From positions 1-57,380 of IMG/VR virus record IMGVR_UViG_3300005077_000022: a stretch of 57,380 nucleotides of DNA. One strand, 5' to 3'. Below the pieces are notes generated by a model, which worked only from the letters and a program-made list of their open reading frames with translations, did not search any database and was not told the origin of the DNA. Positions 7,893 through 16,104 of this stretch are shown here, in pieces. The stretch is from a virus. Within the stretch, counting starts at the first letter, position 1; each line of letters starts with the position of its first letter. A program made the translations under genes and the position numbers.

Positions 7893-8932
7893 GGGGCACC
7901 TCCGGTGGCAACGGGCATGGGGGGGAGATCGGGGCAGCGGCGGTCGGCGGGGATCACGGGGGATTCGTGACACCCCCACCGGCACTGCGGGTTCCCCACG
8001 CACCGCCAGACGTGGTTGAGGGTGGCGGGGGGGTCGGTGGGGTCGGGGAGCCAGTCGGCGAACGTGCGGGCGAAGATCTCCGGGGTGAGGAAGCCGGGGT
8101 CCTTGGGCTGGTCGAGGTAGGTGGCCAGTGCGGCGGCGACGACGGGTGGTGGGTGGTGCTTGAGCAGCGGGGTGACGGCCTTGGCGATGCGTCCCCCGCT
8201 GGCCGTGCCCTTGCCGAACCGGGCCTCCCATGCGGCGATGCACAGGCCCACCCCGGTGGGTGCCAGAGGGTCCCCGCCCGCGCCGCGTTTTTTCAGCGGT
8301 GCGGGGGGTTCGCTTTTCCCGTGGGTACCGGGAAACAACGGGGAACCTTGCGTTACGGTACTAGGTTCTCCGTTCTTCTTTCTGTCTGTGTCTGTGTCTG
8401 TGTCTGTGAAAGAAGTTACATTTTGGTTTGTAACCGGGTTACCCGTCAAGCGGGAGTTGTTCTTGTTGTGTCGCCACCGACCCATCTTTTCCTTGTATTT
8501 CTGGCGGTTTGCGGCGATTTGGTCGGCGGTGCGATTGTACCGTGCCCACGTTTGCGGGGGTACCTTCAGGCTCCCCGTGGGTCGCCCGTGGGCTCCCCGC
8601 GGGCTCCCCGCGGGCTCCCCGCGGGCATCCCGTGGGCATCCCGTGGGCACTTCGTGAAGGGGGGGCTGGGGGTTGTCGTTGGGGTCCCACAGCAGCAGTC
8701 CGCACCCCACGAGGGCGTCCACGGCGCGGCGCAGGGCGGTGCGCTTTTGGGGGGCCGCTGGCAGGCGGGCCGCGACCCGCATGGTGACCACCCCGTCCGT
8801 CTCGTGCCGTTGGGCGTGAAGCAGGATGTTGAGGTACAGTTCGCGGGCCTCGCGGGACAACACGGCTACCCGGTCATCCTCGAAGAATCCGCACGACAGG
8901 CGCAACCATGGCTGGCGACGGTCACTCCCCAT
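7889..8932 (-). CDS. Replication initiator / replisome-organiser-like protein
   Basis: N-terminus MGSDRRQPWLRLSCGFFEDDRVAVLSREARELYLNILLHAQRHETDGVV resembles phage replisome-organiser winged-helix domains. Sits directly upstream of the helicase. Its low-complexity linker is encoded by the iteron/AT-rich DNA. Alternative ATG at 8968. Confidence 0.55.
   Translation of the reverse strand: MGSDRRQPWLRLSCGFFEDDRVAVLSREARELYLNILLHAQRHETDGVVTMRVAARLPAAPQKRTALRRAVDALVGCGLLLWDPNDNPQPPLHEVPTGCPRDARGEPAGSPRGAHGRPTGSLKVPPQTWARYNRTADQIAANRQKYKEKMGRWRHNKNNSRLTGNPVTNQNVTSFTDTDTDTDRKKNGEPSTVTQGSPLFPGTHGKSEPPAPLKKRGAGGDPLAPTGVGLCIAAWEARFGKGTASGGRIAKAVTPLLKHHPPPVVAAALATYLDQPKDPGFLTPEIFARTFADWLPDPTDPPATLNHVWRCVGNPQCRWGCHESPVIPADRRCPDLPPMPVATGGAP
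8336..8470. other. Locally AT-rich tract with (TCTGTG)x4 and palindrome GTAACCgGGTTAC, inside the initiator gene (candidate DNA-unwinding element)
   Basis: Read directly: by eye this is the least GC-rich stretch of the window. tctgtgtctgtgtctgtgtctgtg at about 8380-8408; gtaaccgggttac at 8431-8443. Confidence 0.5.
8568..8655. repeat. Eight tandem 11-bp units (consensus GGGCNYCCCGY); candidate origin iterons inside the initiator gene
   Basis: Read directly: aggctccccgt gggtcgcccgt gggctccccgc x3 gggcatcccgt x2 gggcacttcgt. Confidence 0.75.
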
Positions 8933-9329
8933 CTGTCCCCTCCCCGGCTCCGTCCGCCTCCTCCACATCCGCCACCGCCGGGGTGCGGGTCGTGCTGTCC
9001 ACCACGGGGTCCGTCTCGGTCCCGTCGTCCGGTTCCGTGCGCTCGTCTGGCTCCCCCTCCAGCCGCGCCAGTGTGTCCCAGACCGCCGTCAGCGGTTCGT
9101 GCCACTCCTTTCGCAGCCGCTGGGCGTCCTGCCGCAACAGGGCGGCGATGTACGCACTGATGCTCTGGTACCCACGGGCCACGGCCATGGCCCGCAGGGC
9201 TCGCCCGTTCCACGCCCCCGGCAGGGAGACGGACCCGTAGAACCGCCCGAACCGCCGGTGGCCCTTGAACTGCCGGCCGTCGTTCGGTGCCAACTCCTCG
9301 TCTATGCCCTCTAATGCTTGTATGGTCAT
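8922..9329 (-). CDS. Putative ribbon-helix-helix (CopG/Arc-like) regulator with acidic tail
   Basis: FKGHRRFGRFYGSVSLPGAWNGRALRAMAVARGYQSISAYIAALLRQD fits a beta-strand plus two-helix RHH layout. First minus-strand gene at the divergent control region. Start ATG 9329 or GTG 9353. Confidence 0.45.
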   Translation of the reverse strand: MTIQALEGIDEELAPNDGRQFKGHRRFGRFYGSVSLPGAWNGRALRAMAVARGYQSISAYIAALLRQDAQRLRKEWHEPLTAVWDTLARLEGEPDERTEPDDGTETDPVVDSTTRTPAVADVEEADGAGEGTDGE

Positions 9330-9378
9330 GAGCGTGTACTTACCACTGGGCACACACGGTGGTCAAGCAAGTTCCGCA

Positions 9379-9407
9379 TTGACCTCGGCGCAATACCATA
9401 GTATTGT
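9379..9407 (+). promoter_or_regulatory. Sigma70-like promoter TTGACC-N17-TATTGT with 16-bp palindromic operator CAATACCATAGTATTG (9391..9406) across the -10
   Basis: Read directly in the only divergent intergenic region (9330..9446), upstream of recT. Confidence 0.5.
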
Positions 9408-9446
9408 GCGACCGCACGACTTCCCGTGCCACAGGAGGACAGCCAG

Positions 9447-10622
9447 ATGAACGACTCAGCACCGACCGTCCCCGTACCAGCGGGGCGGCCCCCCGCCGTG
9501 GAGTACGAGGTCCCCGTGGCGTTCAGCCGCGAGTGGATCGACCTCTGCAAGCGCACCATCTGCCCCGGCAGTACCGATGACGAGTTCCGGTATTTCCTCA
9601 CCGTCGCCAAGCGCACCGGGCTGGACCCGTTTGCCCGGCAGATCTACAGCGTGCCCCGCTGGAACTCCAAGACGCAGCGGGAGGAGCGGGCCATCCAAGT
9701 GTCCATCGACGGGTTCCGCTTGATCGCCGAACGCACCGGGCAGTACGAGGGACAGTGCGGCCCCCTGTGGTGCGGGCCGGACGGGGTGTGGAAGGAGGTG
9801 TGGGTGGGGCCGGGCCACCCCGTGGCGGCCAAGGTGGGGGTGTGGCGCACCGGGTTCCGCGAACCCCTGTGGGCGGTGGCGCGCTACGTCAGCTACGCGC
9901 AGAGGGACCGGCAGGGGAATCCCACTCAGTTCTGGAACCGGATGGACGACCTGATGATCGCCAAGGTCGCCGAAGCGTTGGCCCTGCGCCGGGCGTTCCC
10001 GCAGGACCTGAGCGGTCTGTACACGGACGACGAGATGGCACAGGCCACCACCGTGGACGCCGTGGTGGTGCCCCCCACGGAGGGGGGGATGGCGGACACG
10101 GTGCGGCAGGCCATGCAGCAGAAGCGGCCCGCCCTGCCCCCCGCTGGCAGTCCCCCGGCCCAGCCCGAGCCGCCGCCCATCACCCCACCCGTTGCACCGC
10201 CTCCTGCCGAGCAGCGGTGGATGGACCCCCCGGCCGGACTGGACACCCCCACCCCCACCCCCACCCCGCCCACTGCGTCCGATGACCCGGACGACGCGCC
10301 CCCGGAGGTGGAGTGCCCGGAGCACCCGGAGCGCATCATGCTGTGGTGGGAGGAGAAAGCGGACGGCACCCCGCTCAAGCCCCCCCGGTACGAGTGCCCG
10401 GAGGAGGGGTGCACCGTGGCCCTCTACCGCCCCACCACCGCGCAGTTGCGAATGCTGTTCAAGGTGATCTCCACCGCCAACCTCGATCCCAAGGACGTGC
10501 GGCGGTATATGCTCGATCACTTCGGCACTCTTCACACCAAGTTCCTCACCACCAACCGCCAGCGGCAGGGGTCGTTCGACCAACTGCTGGCCGAACTGCA
10601 GTCCACAGGAGAACCCGCATGA
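9447..10622 (+). CDS. recT: RecT-family single-strand annealing recombinase with Pro-rich linker and extra C-terminal Cys-containing domain
   Basis: [61 protein letters not shown] 9447 lies 8 nt after AGGAGG. The C-terminus has ECPEHP...YECPEEGC. Confidence 0.85.
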   Translation: MNDSAPTVPVPAGRPPAVEYEVPVAFSREWIDLCKRTICPGSTDDEFRYFLTVAKRTGLDPFARQIYSVPRWNSKTQREERAIQVSIDGFRLIAERTGQYEGQCGPLWCGPDGVWKEVWVGPGHPVAAKVGVWRTGFREPLWAVARYVSYAQRDRQGNPTQFWNRMDDLMIAKVAEALALRRAFPQDLSGLYTDDEMAQATTVDAVVVPPTEGGMADTVRQAMQQKRPALPPAGSPPAQPEPPPITPPVAPPPAEQRWMDPPAGLDTPTPTPTPPTASDDPDDAPPEVECPEHPERIMLWWEEKADGTPLKPPRYECPEEGCTVALYRPTTAQLRMLFKVISTANLDPKDVRRYMLDHFGTLHTKFLTTNRQRQGSFDQLLAELQSTGEPA

Positions 10623-11566
10623 CCGCGACCGCCGTGGATACCGGCATCGACACCACCGACCGTCCCCGCTGGCTGGAGGCCCGCCGCTCCGGTCTCGGGG
10701 GCAGCGACGCCGCCGCCGTGATGGGGGTGGACCCGTACCGCACCCCGCTCGACGTGTACCTCGACAAGCTGGGGCAGGGGGAGGACCGGCCCGACACCAC
10801 CCGGATGCGCGCCGGGCGACTGCTGGAACCCGTGGTGGCCCAGTTGTGGGAGGAGGACACGGGGAAGACGTGCACGCCGTACACCAGACTGCTGCGGCAC
10901 CCGGACCACCCCGAATTGCTCGCCTCACTGGACCGGACGTTCATGGGGGCACACGGGCGCGGGGTGCTGGAGTTGAAGACCACCCAGCAGCGCAACCTCG
11001 ACGCGGCGTTGGCCAAGGGCCTCGTCGCCATCCCCACCCATTGGGTACAGGTGCAGCACTACTTGATGGTGACCGGGTGGGAGGAGGCCGAGTTGGCGTA
11101 CCTGTGCGACGGGCACGCCTTCTACCGCACCCCCGTGGAGCGGAACGACGCGTTCATCGCCACCATGTTTCAGCGGGAGGTGAACTTCTGGAACGGGCAC
11201 GTCCTGCCCCGGGTGCCCCCGCCCCCGCAGGTGGGGGAGGACGTGCTCAAGCTGTTCCCCCGCCACACCCCGGCCAAGGTGTTGCACGCCGACGACGCGC
11301 TGCTGGCGCAGATCGCCGAGTTGAAGGCCGTGCGGGAAGCCCGTGGCGAGGTGGCACACCGGGAGGAGGACCTGTCGCGGGCCGTGCAGGCGGCGATGCG
11401 GGATGCAGAGGCCGTGCTGGGGCCGGGTGGGGAAGTGCTGGTGACGTGGAAGGCCGCAGCGGACTCGGAGCGCATCGACGCCAAGCAACTCCGTGAGCAG
11501 TTCCCCGACGCCTACGCCGCGTGCTGCGTCCTGCGGCCCGGTGGGCGGCGGTTCCTCGTCAAGTAA
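10619..11566 (+). CDS. YqaJ-like (lambda Exo-type) recombination exonuclease
   Basis: [30 protein letters not shown]...GVLELKT (D..ExK), [17 protein letters not shown] overlap with recT. Confidence 0.85.
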   Translation: MTATAVDTGIDTTDRPRWLEARRSGLGGSDAAAVMGVDPYRTPLDVYLDKLGQGEDRPDTTRMRAGRLLEPVVAQLWEEDTGKTCTPYTRLLRHPDHPELLASLDRTFMGAHGRGVLELKTTQQRNLDAALAKGLVAIPTHWVQVQHYLMVTGWEEAELAYLCDGHAFYRTPVERNDAFIATMFQREVNFWNGHVLPRVPPPPQVGEDVLKLFPRHTPAKVLHADDALLAQIAELKAVREARGEVAHREEDLSRAVQAAMRDAEAVLGPGGEVLVTWKAAADSERIDAKQLREQFPDAYAACCVLRPGGRRFLVK

Positions 11567-11668
11567 CGCCCTGTCACGTCCGCCCCGGAATCGGTACACC
11601 CACGCCGTTGGGATGCCGGTTCCGGGGCGCGGTCCAACAGTTCATGCGTGGCCACAGAGGAGGGTGTC

Positions 11669-11869
11669 ATGGTGATAAGGGACGTCCGAGCGGATGTCTT
11701 TCCGTGTTCTGCGGCAACACACCCACGCAATGCTCCACCGCCAGCGGTGGAAATCATCATGTGGGGGTACGCAGAGGGTGACGTGGCACTGTGCCGTTCC
11801 TGTGCCCTTCAGCTTGCGCGGAAGCTGCTGGAGGACCTGTGCGAACTGGCTGGGGATCGACACGGGTAA
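11669..11869 (+). CDS. Small Cys-containing hypothetical protein, 66 aa
   Basis: ATG 11669 preceded by GAGGAGGG: MVIRDVRADVFPCSAA...ALCRSCALQLARKLLEDL. Confidence 0.4.
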   Translation: MVIRDVRADVFPCSAATHPRNAPPPAVEIIMWGYAEGDVALCRSCALQLARKLLEDLCELAGDRHG

Positions 11870-11893
11870 TCGCTGTACGCTCGGAATGTGAAC

Positions 11894-11940
11894 GGGCCAG
11901 AACGGCCCAAGGGAAGGACGGCCGGGCGCGAGGCCCGGCC
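11894..11940. terminator. Two GC hairpins between convergent modules (GGGCC-agaac-GGCCC; GGCCGGG-cgcgagg-CCCGGCC); candidate bidirectional terminator
   Basis: Read directly between the plus-strand stop (11869) and the minus-strand stop (11953). No clear U tract. Confidence 0.35.
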
Positions 11941-11952
11941 GCATGGGGCAGG

Positions 11953-12201
11953 TTACACGTAGCGGTGTCTCGGCCAGTCCGCGTTGCACGGATCGGCGTC
12001 CGGGGTGAGTACGGTGGCGGGCGCGGGTTCACTGATGCGCCGCACCACGCACGCGGTCAGGTAGATCATCCACGCCCACTGCGGCATGGAGCGGTACGGG
12101 GTCACCGCGAGGTTCCACACCACCACCACGTTGATGAACGGGGTGATGTACTCGGTGTCGTCCGCCCAGAACGGCACGGTCATGCCAACATCCACGGTCA
12201 T
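11953..12201 (-). CDS. Hydrophobic small protein, 82 aa
   Basis: ORF with ITPFINVVVVWNLAVTPY and WAWMIYLTACVV segments. ATGA overlap with 12198..13142, and ACAGGAGGAG embedded upstream. Confidence 0.45.
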   Translation of the reverse strand: MTVDVGMTVPFWADDTEYITPFINVVVVWNLAVTPYRSMPQWAWMIYLTACVVRRISEPAPATVLTPDADPCNADWPRHRYV

Positions 12202-13142
12202 GGCTTCTCCTCCTGTGGTTGGGGGGCGTGCACCTCGACCACATGGTCCACGCGCCCCGCGTGTGCGGTCCCCCGGACGTGCTGGGGGAACCAGAATGTG
12301 CCCACGGCGCGGCCCAACAGGGGCCGCTGGTCCGTGTACGTCTTGAAGTGGCCCCGCACGAGGTGCAGGGCCTGCCGGATACCGACGTGCTCCACTCGTC
12401 CCTCGCGCCGCAACGCCTCCCGCATGGGGTCGATGACCAGCGTCACCGTGCGGGTGATGGGCAACCGGCCCCGAGCGGCCCGGCGGCGTTGGAGCTTCGG
12501 GTCAACGTGCTGCACGTCCTGCCGCACGTTGCGGCAGTTGGCGAAGCACAGGCCCAGCAACGCCGGCTCCAACGTCAGGCCCCGGTAGGCATCCACCTGA
12601 CCGGAGTCCCTGACCGGCATTGGATAGATCAGCCCTTCCAACACCGGCGCAATGGCATTCTCGACCGACCCATCGTGACGCACACTCACCACCCACGTCA
12701 CATACAGGCCAAGCCGGTCGGTGTTGCCAACGGCCACGGCGCGGGCGAGATACAGCCACCGCACCGCATCGGGCGGCTGGACCAATTCCTCCAGTGACAC
12801 CCGCAACTGTTCGTCTGCCGCGTCGGTTTGGCGGTCCACGGCGGACACGAGCAGTCCGAACCGCCACCCGAACATGGGATGCTCGACCCGCCCCAGCTTG
12901 GCCGTCACCACCCAGCGGGGTTGCGTCCATTCCGCCCACATGGCCCGCCACGGGGGAGCGACGTTCGGGAAGTCCCCGGGATTGCCGAACTCGGCATCGG
13001 TGCCCGCCCAATAGTACTCCACCACGTTTTGCAGGCGGATCATGGTGACGTGGGGTTCTGAGAGTGCCGCGATGAACAGCGGTCCGCCGAACATATCGGG
13101 CGTGGCGGGAAGGTGCCGCTTCACGACTTCGTCGGCGAACAT
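12198..13142 (-). CDS. Hypothetical protein, 314 aa
   Basis: Long ORF with balanced composition (…HLVRGHFKTYTDQRPLLGRAVGTFWFPQHVRG…). RBS GGAAAGGAG upstream of ATG 13142. No family recognised. Confidence 0.6.
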   Translation of the reverse strand: MFADEVVKRHLPATPDMFGGPLFIAALSEPHVTMIRLQNVVEYYWAGTDAEFGNPGDFPNVAPPWRAMWAEWTQPRWVVTAKLGRVEHPMFGWRFGLLVSAVDRQTDAADEQLRVSLEELVQPPDAVRWLYLARAVAVGNTDRLGLYVTWVVSVRHDGSVENAIAPVLEGLIYPMPVRDSGQVDAYRGLTLEPALLGLCFANCRNVRQDVQHVDPKLQRRRAARGRLPITRTVTLVIDPMREALRREGRVEHVGIRQALHLVRGHFKTYTDQRPLLGRAVGTFWFPQHVRGTAHAGRVDHVVEVHAPQPQEEKP

Positions 13143-13143
13143 C

Positions 13144-13446
13144 TCACCACCGCTCCTTTCCCCGCCGCCATGCCAGCATCACCCCACGGGCGGTGCGTTC
13201 GGCGTTGGTGGCAACCAACAGGCCCCCGTCTGCGTTCAGCAGGGTGAACCGCCGGGGCCACGTTTCCCGGCGGGCCTCCACCGGGTGTTCCACGACGATC
13301 CGCAGCACGGCACCGGACGGGGCGCGGACCGCGAACGTGGGGGGCGCACCCGCCACGCTCACGTCCTCCACCCACCCCCGGACCAGTGCACGGACCAACC
13401 AGACCGGCACCGCGAAGTGCCGGCCGCACTGTTTGACCCAACCCAT
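13144..13446 (-). CDS. Hypothetical protein, 100 aa
   Basis: ATG 13446 preceded by AGGAGG and cassette A. Confidence 0.55.
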   Translation of the reverse strand: MGWVKQCGRHFAVPVWLVRALVRGWVEDVSVAGAPPTFAVRAPSGAVLRIVVEHPVEARRETWPRRFTLLNADGGLLVATNAERTARGVMLAWRRGKERW

Positions 13447-13515
13447 ATGACCTCCTCTGCCCGGACTTGGGACCGGGCGTGTGCATTAACGCGGCCCCGT
13501 GGCCGCGCCCCTCTG
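13447..13515 (-). promoter_or_regulatory. Intercistronic two-hairpin cassette, copy A
   Basis: Minus strand: TAG-CAGAGGGG-[CGCGGCC acgg GGCCGCG]-TTAATGCACAC-[GCCCGG TCCCAAGT CCGGGC]-AGAGGAGGTCAT-ATG. Confidence 0.8.
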
Positions 13516-13953
13516 CTACTCCTTCGTGGATGCCAGCGCGGTGGCAAGGGCCTCGATCATCCACTCCGGGTCGCCCTGCACGCTCCAGTGCAGGTACGGG
13601 TTCCGGGGGTCGTCGTCGTCATCGCGGGCAACAGCACATGAGGCGCACCCGGCCGTTGCCACCAACGGGCAGCGTTCGCACCCACTCTGCGGGTCGTAGA
13701 ACTTCTGGCACAGGGTGCACGAGTCGATACCGAAGGCGAACTCCACGGGCCGCTCGCCGTCCCGGTTCTTCTCCGCGATGTACCCGCCGTGCTGCACCTT
13801 GACCAGTCCGTGTCGGCGCAGCACGGTCGGCCTGAGCCCCTGCCACTTGCGGATGGTTGCTTTGAGCAGCGGTCGGACTCGGTCCCCGGCGCGCTCGGCG
13901 GTGATCCCGGCCGGTTCGGGATAGTACTTGGCCTTCCACGTTGCCATGCTCAT
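13516..13953 (-). CDS. Hypothetical Cys-rich protein, 145 aa
   Basis: ATG 13953 (MSMATWKAKYYPEPAG...). CTLCQKFYDPQSGCERCPLVATAGCASC. Preceded by cassette B. Confidence 0.6.
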   Translation of the reverse strand: MSMATWKAKYYPEPAGITAERAGDRVRPLLKATIRKWQGLRPTVLRRHGLVKVQHGGYIAEKNRDGERPVEFAFGIDSCTLCQKFYDPQSGCERCPLVATAGCASCAVARDDDDDPRNPYLHWSVQGDPEWMIEALATALASTKE

Positions 13954-14044
13954 GGTGTCCTCCTGTGACTGCGGTTGTGATTGCACGGGCTTGGGACCGT
14001 GCCGCCGCATTGCAGGCACGCCGTCGCGTGCCTCCCCTCTGCGA
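13954..14044 (-). promoter_or_regulatory. Intercistronic two-hairpin cassette, copy B
   Basis: Minus strand: TGA-TCGCAGAGGGGA-[GGCACGC gacg GCGTGCC]-TGCAATGCGGCG-[GCACGG TCCCAAGC CCGTGC]-AATCACAACCGCAGTCACAGGAGGACACC-ATG. Confidence 0.8.
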
Positions 14045-14584
14045 TCAGATGGGCAATGCCCCCACGGGGTGCGGTGGGGGTGTGGGCTTGGGTGCCGCCG
14101 GGCGCTTGGCCGGTGGGGCACGCCGCACGGGAGCCGGTGCGGACCGGCGGACCGGCGGCGGAACCTGCATGGCCCGATACTGCGCTTCGAACGTGTCGCA
14201 GATTCGCAACATCGGCGTGGCCCATTCGGCGGTGTTGGTCAGCAAGAACACCGCGTGGCCGCTGGCCCCGTGAGCACGGCACACCGCCGCGCACTCTCGG
14301 GCCAGTGCGATGCACGCCCCAACGGTGTCCACGCACACCTTGGCCGTGGCCAGCCATGCGGTGGCGGTGTTCCGTTCCGCCCCCCATCGGTCCGTGGCCG
14401 TCATCAGGGCCTGCCGTTTCGCCAACAGCCGGTCAGCACACCCCTGACACGCTGGGTCCGTGGCGGTCGGTGCCGGCGTGCTCGGTGCCACGGGGGCCGG
14501 GGGCACCGTGGGATAATGGACCGTGGGGGTGGCACACCCGGCCAGCCACACCCCCACGGCCCCTGCCAGTGCACAGCGGATCAT
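14045..14584 (-). CDS. Putative lipoprotein, 179 aa
   Basis: ATG 14584: MIRCALAGAVGVWLAGC (lipobox LAGC) followed by a Pro-rich linker. ATGA overlap with radC. RBS GGAAGGAGGG. Confidence 0.6.
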   Translation of the reverse strand: MIRCALAGAVGVWLAGCATPTVHYPTVPPAPVAPSTPAPTATDPACQGCADRLLAKRQALMTATDRWGAERNTATAWLATAKVCVDTVGACIALARECAAVCRAHGASGHAVFLLTNTAEWATPMLRICDTFEAQYRAMQVPPPVRRSAPAPVRRAPPAKRPAAPKPTPPPHPVGALPI

Positions 14585-15159
14585 AGGTACCCTCCTTCCG
14601 TGAAGCTGCAATACGGCGGGTGCTGCCCGATCACGAGGTGATCCACCACGCGGATGCCCAGCAGTTGGGCGCACTCCCGCAATCGCCGGGTGAGGATGAT
14701 GTCCTCCTGACTCGGCGTGGGGTCGCCGCTGGGGTGGTTGTGCACGAACATCACGGCGGCGGCGGCGGCCACCACCGCCGGGCGCAACACGTCTCGTGGC
14801 ACCACCACGCTGGCCGTCAACGACCCGTGGCTCACCCGCAGGGTGCGGGTGATGCGGTGCTTCTGGTTCAGCATCACGAGGTGGAACTCCTCGTGTTGGA
14901 GCGGCCGCATCCACGCGAACAGCGCGGCCACGTCCGCCGGGGCCTTCACCGCCGTGCGGGGCTCCCGCACGTAGTAGGCCACGGCGAACTCGCACACGGC
15001 GGCTATCGCCTCCTGCTCCCGTGTGCCCACTCCACAGGCCCGCCACTCGTCGGCGGGTACCTGCCACAGGTCCCCGAGGGCGTCCACCCACTCGGGCACC
15101 AGCAACGCGGGGCGGCGCACCGCTCGGCGCAGCCGCTCCAGATCTTCCGGCTTCAACAT
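14581..15159 (-). CDS. radC: RadC-like JAB/MPN+ domain protein
   Basis: FVHNHPSGDPTPSQEDIILTRRLRECAQLLGIRVVDHLVIG (JAMM motif). ATG 15159 preceded by AAGGAGGAACC. Confidence 0.85.
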   Translation of the reverse strand: MLKPEDLERLRRAVRRPALLVPEWVDALGDLWQVPADEWRACGVGTREQEAIAAVCEFAVAYYVREPRTAVKAPADVAALFAWMRPLQHEEFHLVMLNQKHRITRTLRVSHGSLTASVVVPRDVLRPAVVAAAAAVMFVHNHPSGDPTPSQEDIILTRRLRECAQLLGIRVVDHLVIGQHPPYCSFTEGGYL

Positions 15160-15256
15160 GGTTCCTCCTTGCTGGAGGCCTCGGCGGGGTGTAGAACGAC
15201 CGTACTCCTGTGACCCGCCGGACCTGACCTCCGGTGTGGTGTGTGTGCTGCGAAAC

Positions 15257-15287
15257 GGGCCGGGGTGCCGATCATGCACCCCGGCCC
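15257..15287 (-). terminator. 12-bp GC hairpin (GGGCCGGGGTGC-atgatcg-GCACCCCGGCCC) just after the stop of 15297..15539; lies in a degenerate version of the cassette (15160..15296)
   Basis: Read directly. This gap lacks the AATGC box and the TCCCAAG loop. A second hairpin CCGGA-ggtcagg-TCCGG follows. Confidence 0.4.
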
Positions 15288-15296
15288 GTGTCGCGT

Positions 15297-15539
15297 TCAG
15301 CGGACCTCGAAGCGCTCTGCCAAAATGCGAAGGAGATGGTCGTAGTCACCGGCCATCGCCTCCTTCTGCACTTCCGCCCACTGCTCTTCGGTCCACCCGT
15401 TCTTCTTGGCCGCTGCCCGGCACCGCCCCAGCAACGCGAACGCGTTGCCGTCGGTGCCAATCAGCTTGACCCGTGGGCGCTGCACGAACTTCTTCTTGCG
15501 CCGCTCGGAGGCCAGCACTATCGGGGCCTTCTTGGTCAT
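15297..15539 (-). CDS. Small basic protein, 80 aa
   Basis: ATG 15539: MTKKAPIVLASERRKKKFVQRPRVKLIGTDGNAFALLGRCRAAAKKNGWTEEQWAEVQKEAMAGDYDHLLRIL. Preceded by cassette C. Confidence 0.55.
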   Translation of the reverse strand: MTKKAPIVLASERRKKKFVQRPRVKLIGTDGNAFALLGRCRAAAKKNGWTEEQWAEVQKEAMAGDYDHLLRILAERFEVR

Positions 15540-15631
15540 CGTTTCCTCCTGTGACTGCGGTTGAAGTTGGCCGGGGCTTGGGACCCGGCCTGCCGCATTA
15601 AGCAGGGGCCGTTGCCCCTGCCCCCTCTGCG
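15540..15631 (-). promoter_or_regulatory. Intercistronic two-hairpin cassette, copy C
   Basis: Minus strand: TAG-CGCAGAGGGGG-[CAGGGGC aacg GCCCCTG]-CTTAATGCGGCAG-[GCCGGG TCCCAAGC CCCGGC]-CAACTTCAACCGCAGTCACAGGAGGAAACG-ATG. Confidence 0.8.
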
Positions 15632-16015
15632 CTACGCCCGCGCTGCACTGGTCACTTCGCGAATGACGTCCCTGTACACGGCCACGATCATCTGCGGGTC
15701 CATTCCGGCGGGACCGATGTGCTCTTGCGCGGCCCCGGAAAGCACCTTCAGCAGCCCGTCCGGGTCGATGTCCAGCAGCCCCATCAGCTTGAACCACTCC
15801 CGTCCGCGATACCCCGCGTGTGCCCCCACGGTGATCGCCGTGAGGGCACAGTTGAGCAGCTTCGCCTTCACGGCCGCGTCGTTATCCACCGCATCTTCCA
15901 GCCGGTGGATGATGATCGCAACGAGGTCCCTCGCTGCCATCATCAGGTCCACCGCCAGCTCCCCTTGTACCGGCTCGAAGGCCTGCTCCTGCTTCTGTTC
16001 CCGTTTCCTTGCCAT
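15632..16015 (-). CDS. Hypothetical protein, 127 aa; paralogue of 18039..18434
   Basis: ATG 16015. ...ITVGAHAGYRGREWFKLMGLLDIDPDGLLKVLSGAA..GPAGMDPQMIVAVYRDVI aligns with ...ITVAYHTGTSAQEWFHLIRLLGVRPDNLRNVLNGSV..APAGMDVEWVVRKYEEVL. Confidence 0.6.
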   Translation of the reverse strand: MARKREQKQEQAFEPVQGELAVDLMMAARDLVAIIIHRLEDAVDNDAAVKAKLLNCALTAITVGAHAGYRGREWFKLMGLLDIDPDGLLKVLSGAAQEHIGPAGMDPQMIVAVYRDVIREVTSAARA

Positions 16016-16104
16016 GACATCCTCCTGTGCTGCGGTGTGAGTTGCACGGGCTTGGGACCGTGCGGCCGCATTGCCGGGGGGCCTGTGCCCCCCGCCCCTC
16101 TGCG
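16016..16104 (-). promoter_or_regulatory. Intercistronic two-hairpin cassette, copy D
   Basis: Minus strand: TAA-CGCAGAGGGGC-[GGGGGGC acag GCCCCCC]-GGCAATGCGGCC-[GCACGG TCCCAAGC CCGTGC]-AACTCACACCGCAGCACAGGAGGATGTC-ATG. Confidence 0.8.

Noticed and set aside
8439-8787. ORFs 8439..8705 (-) and 8509..8787 (+) overlapping the iteron region.
   Set aside because: They are alternative frames of the repeat tract inside the initiator gene. Their repetitive PRG/AGSPR translations derive from the 11-bp periodicity.
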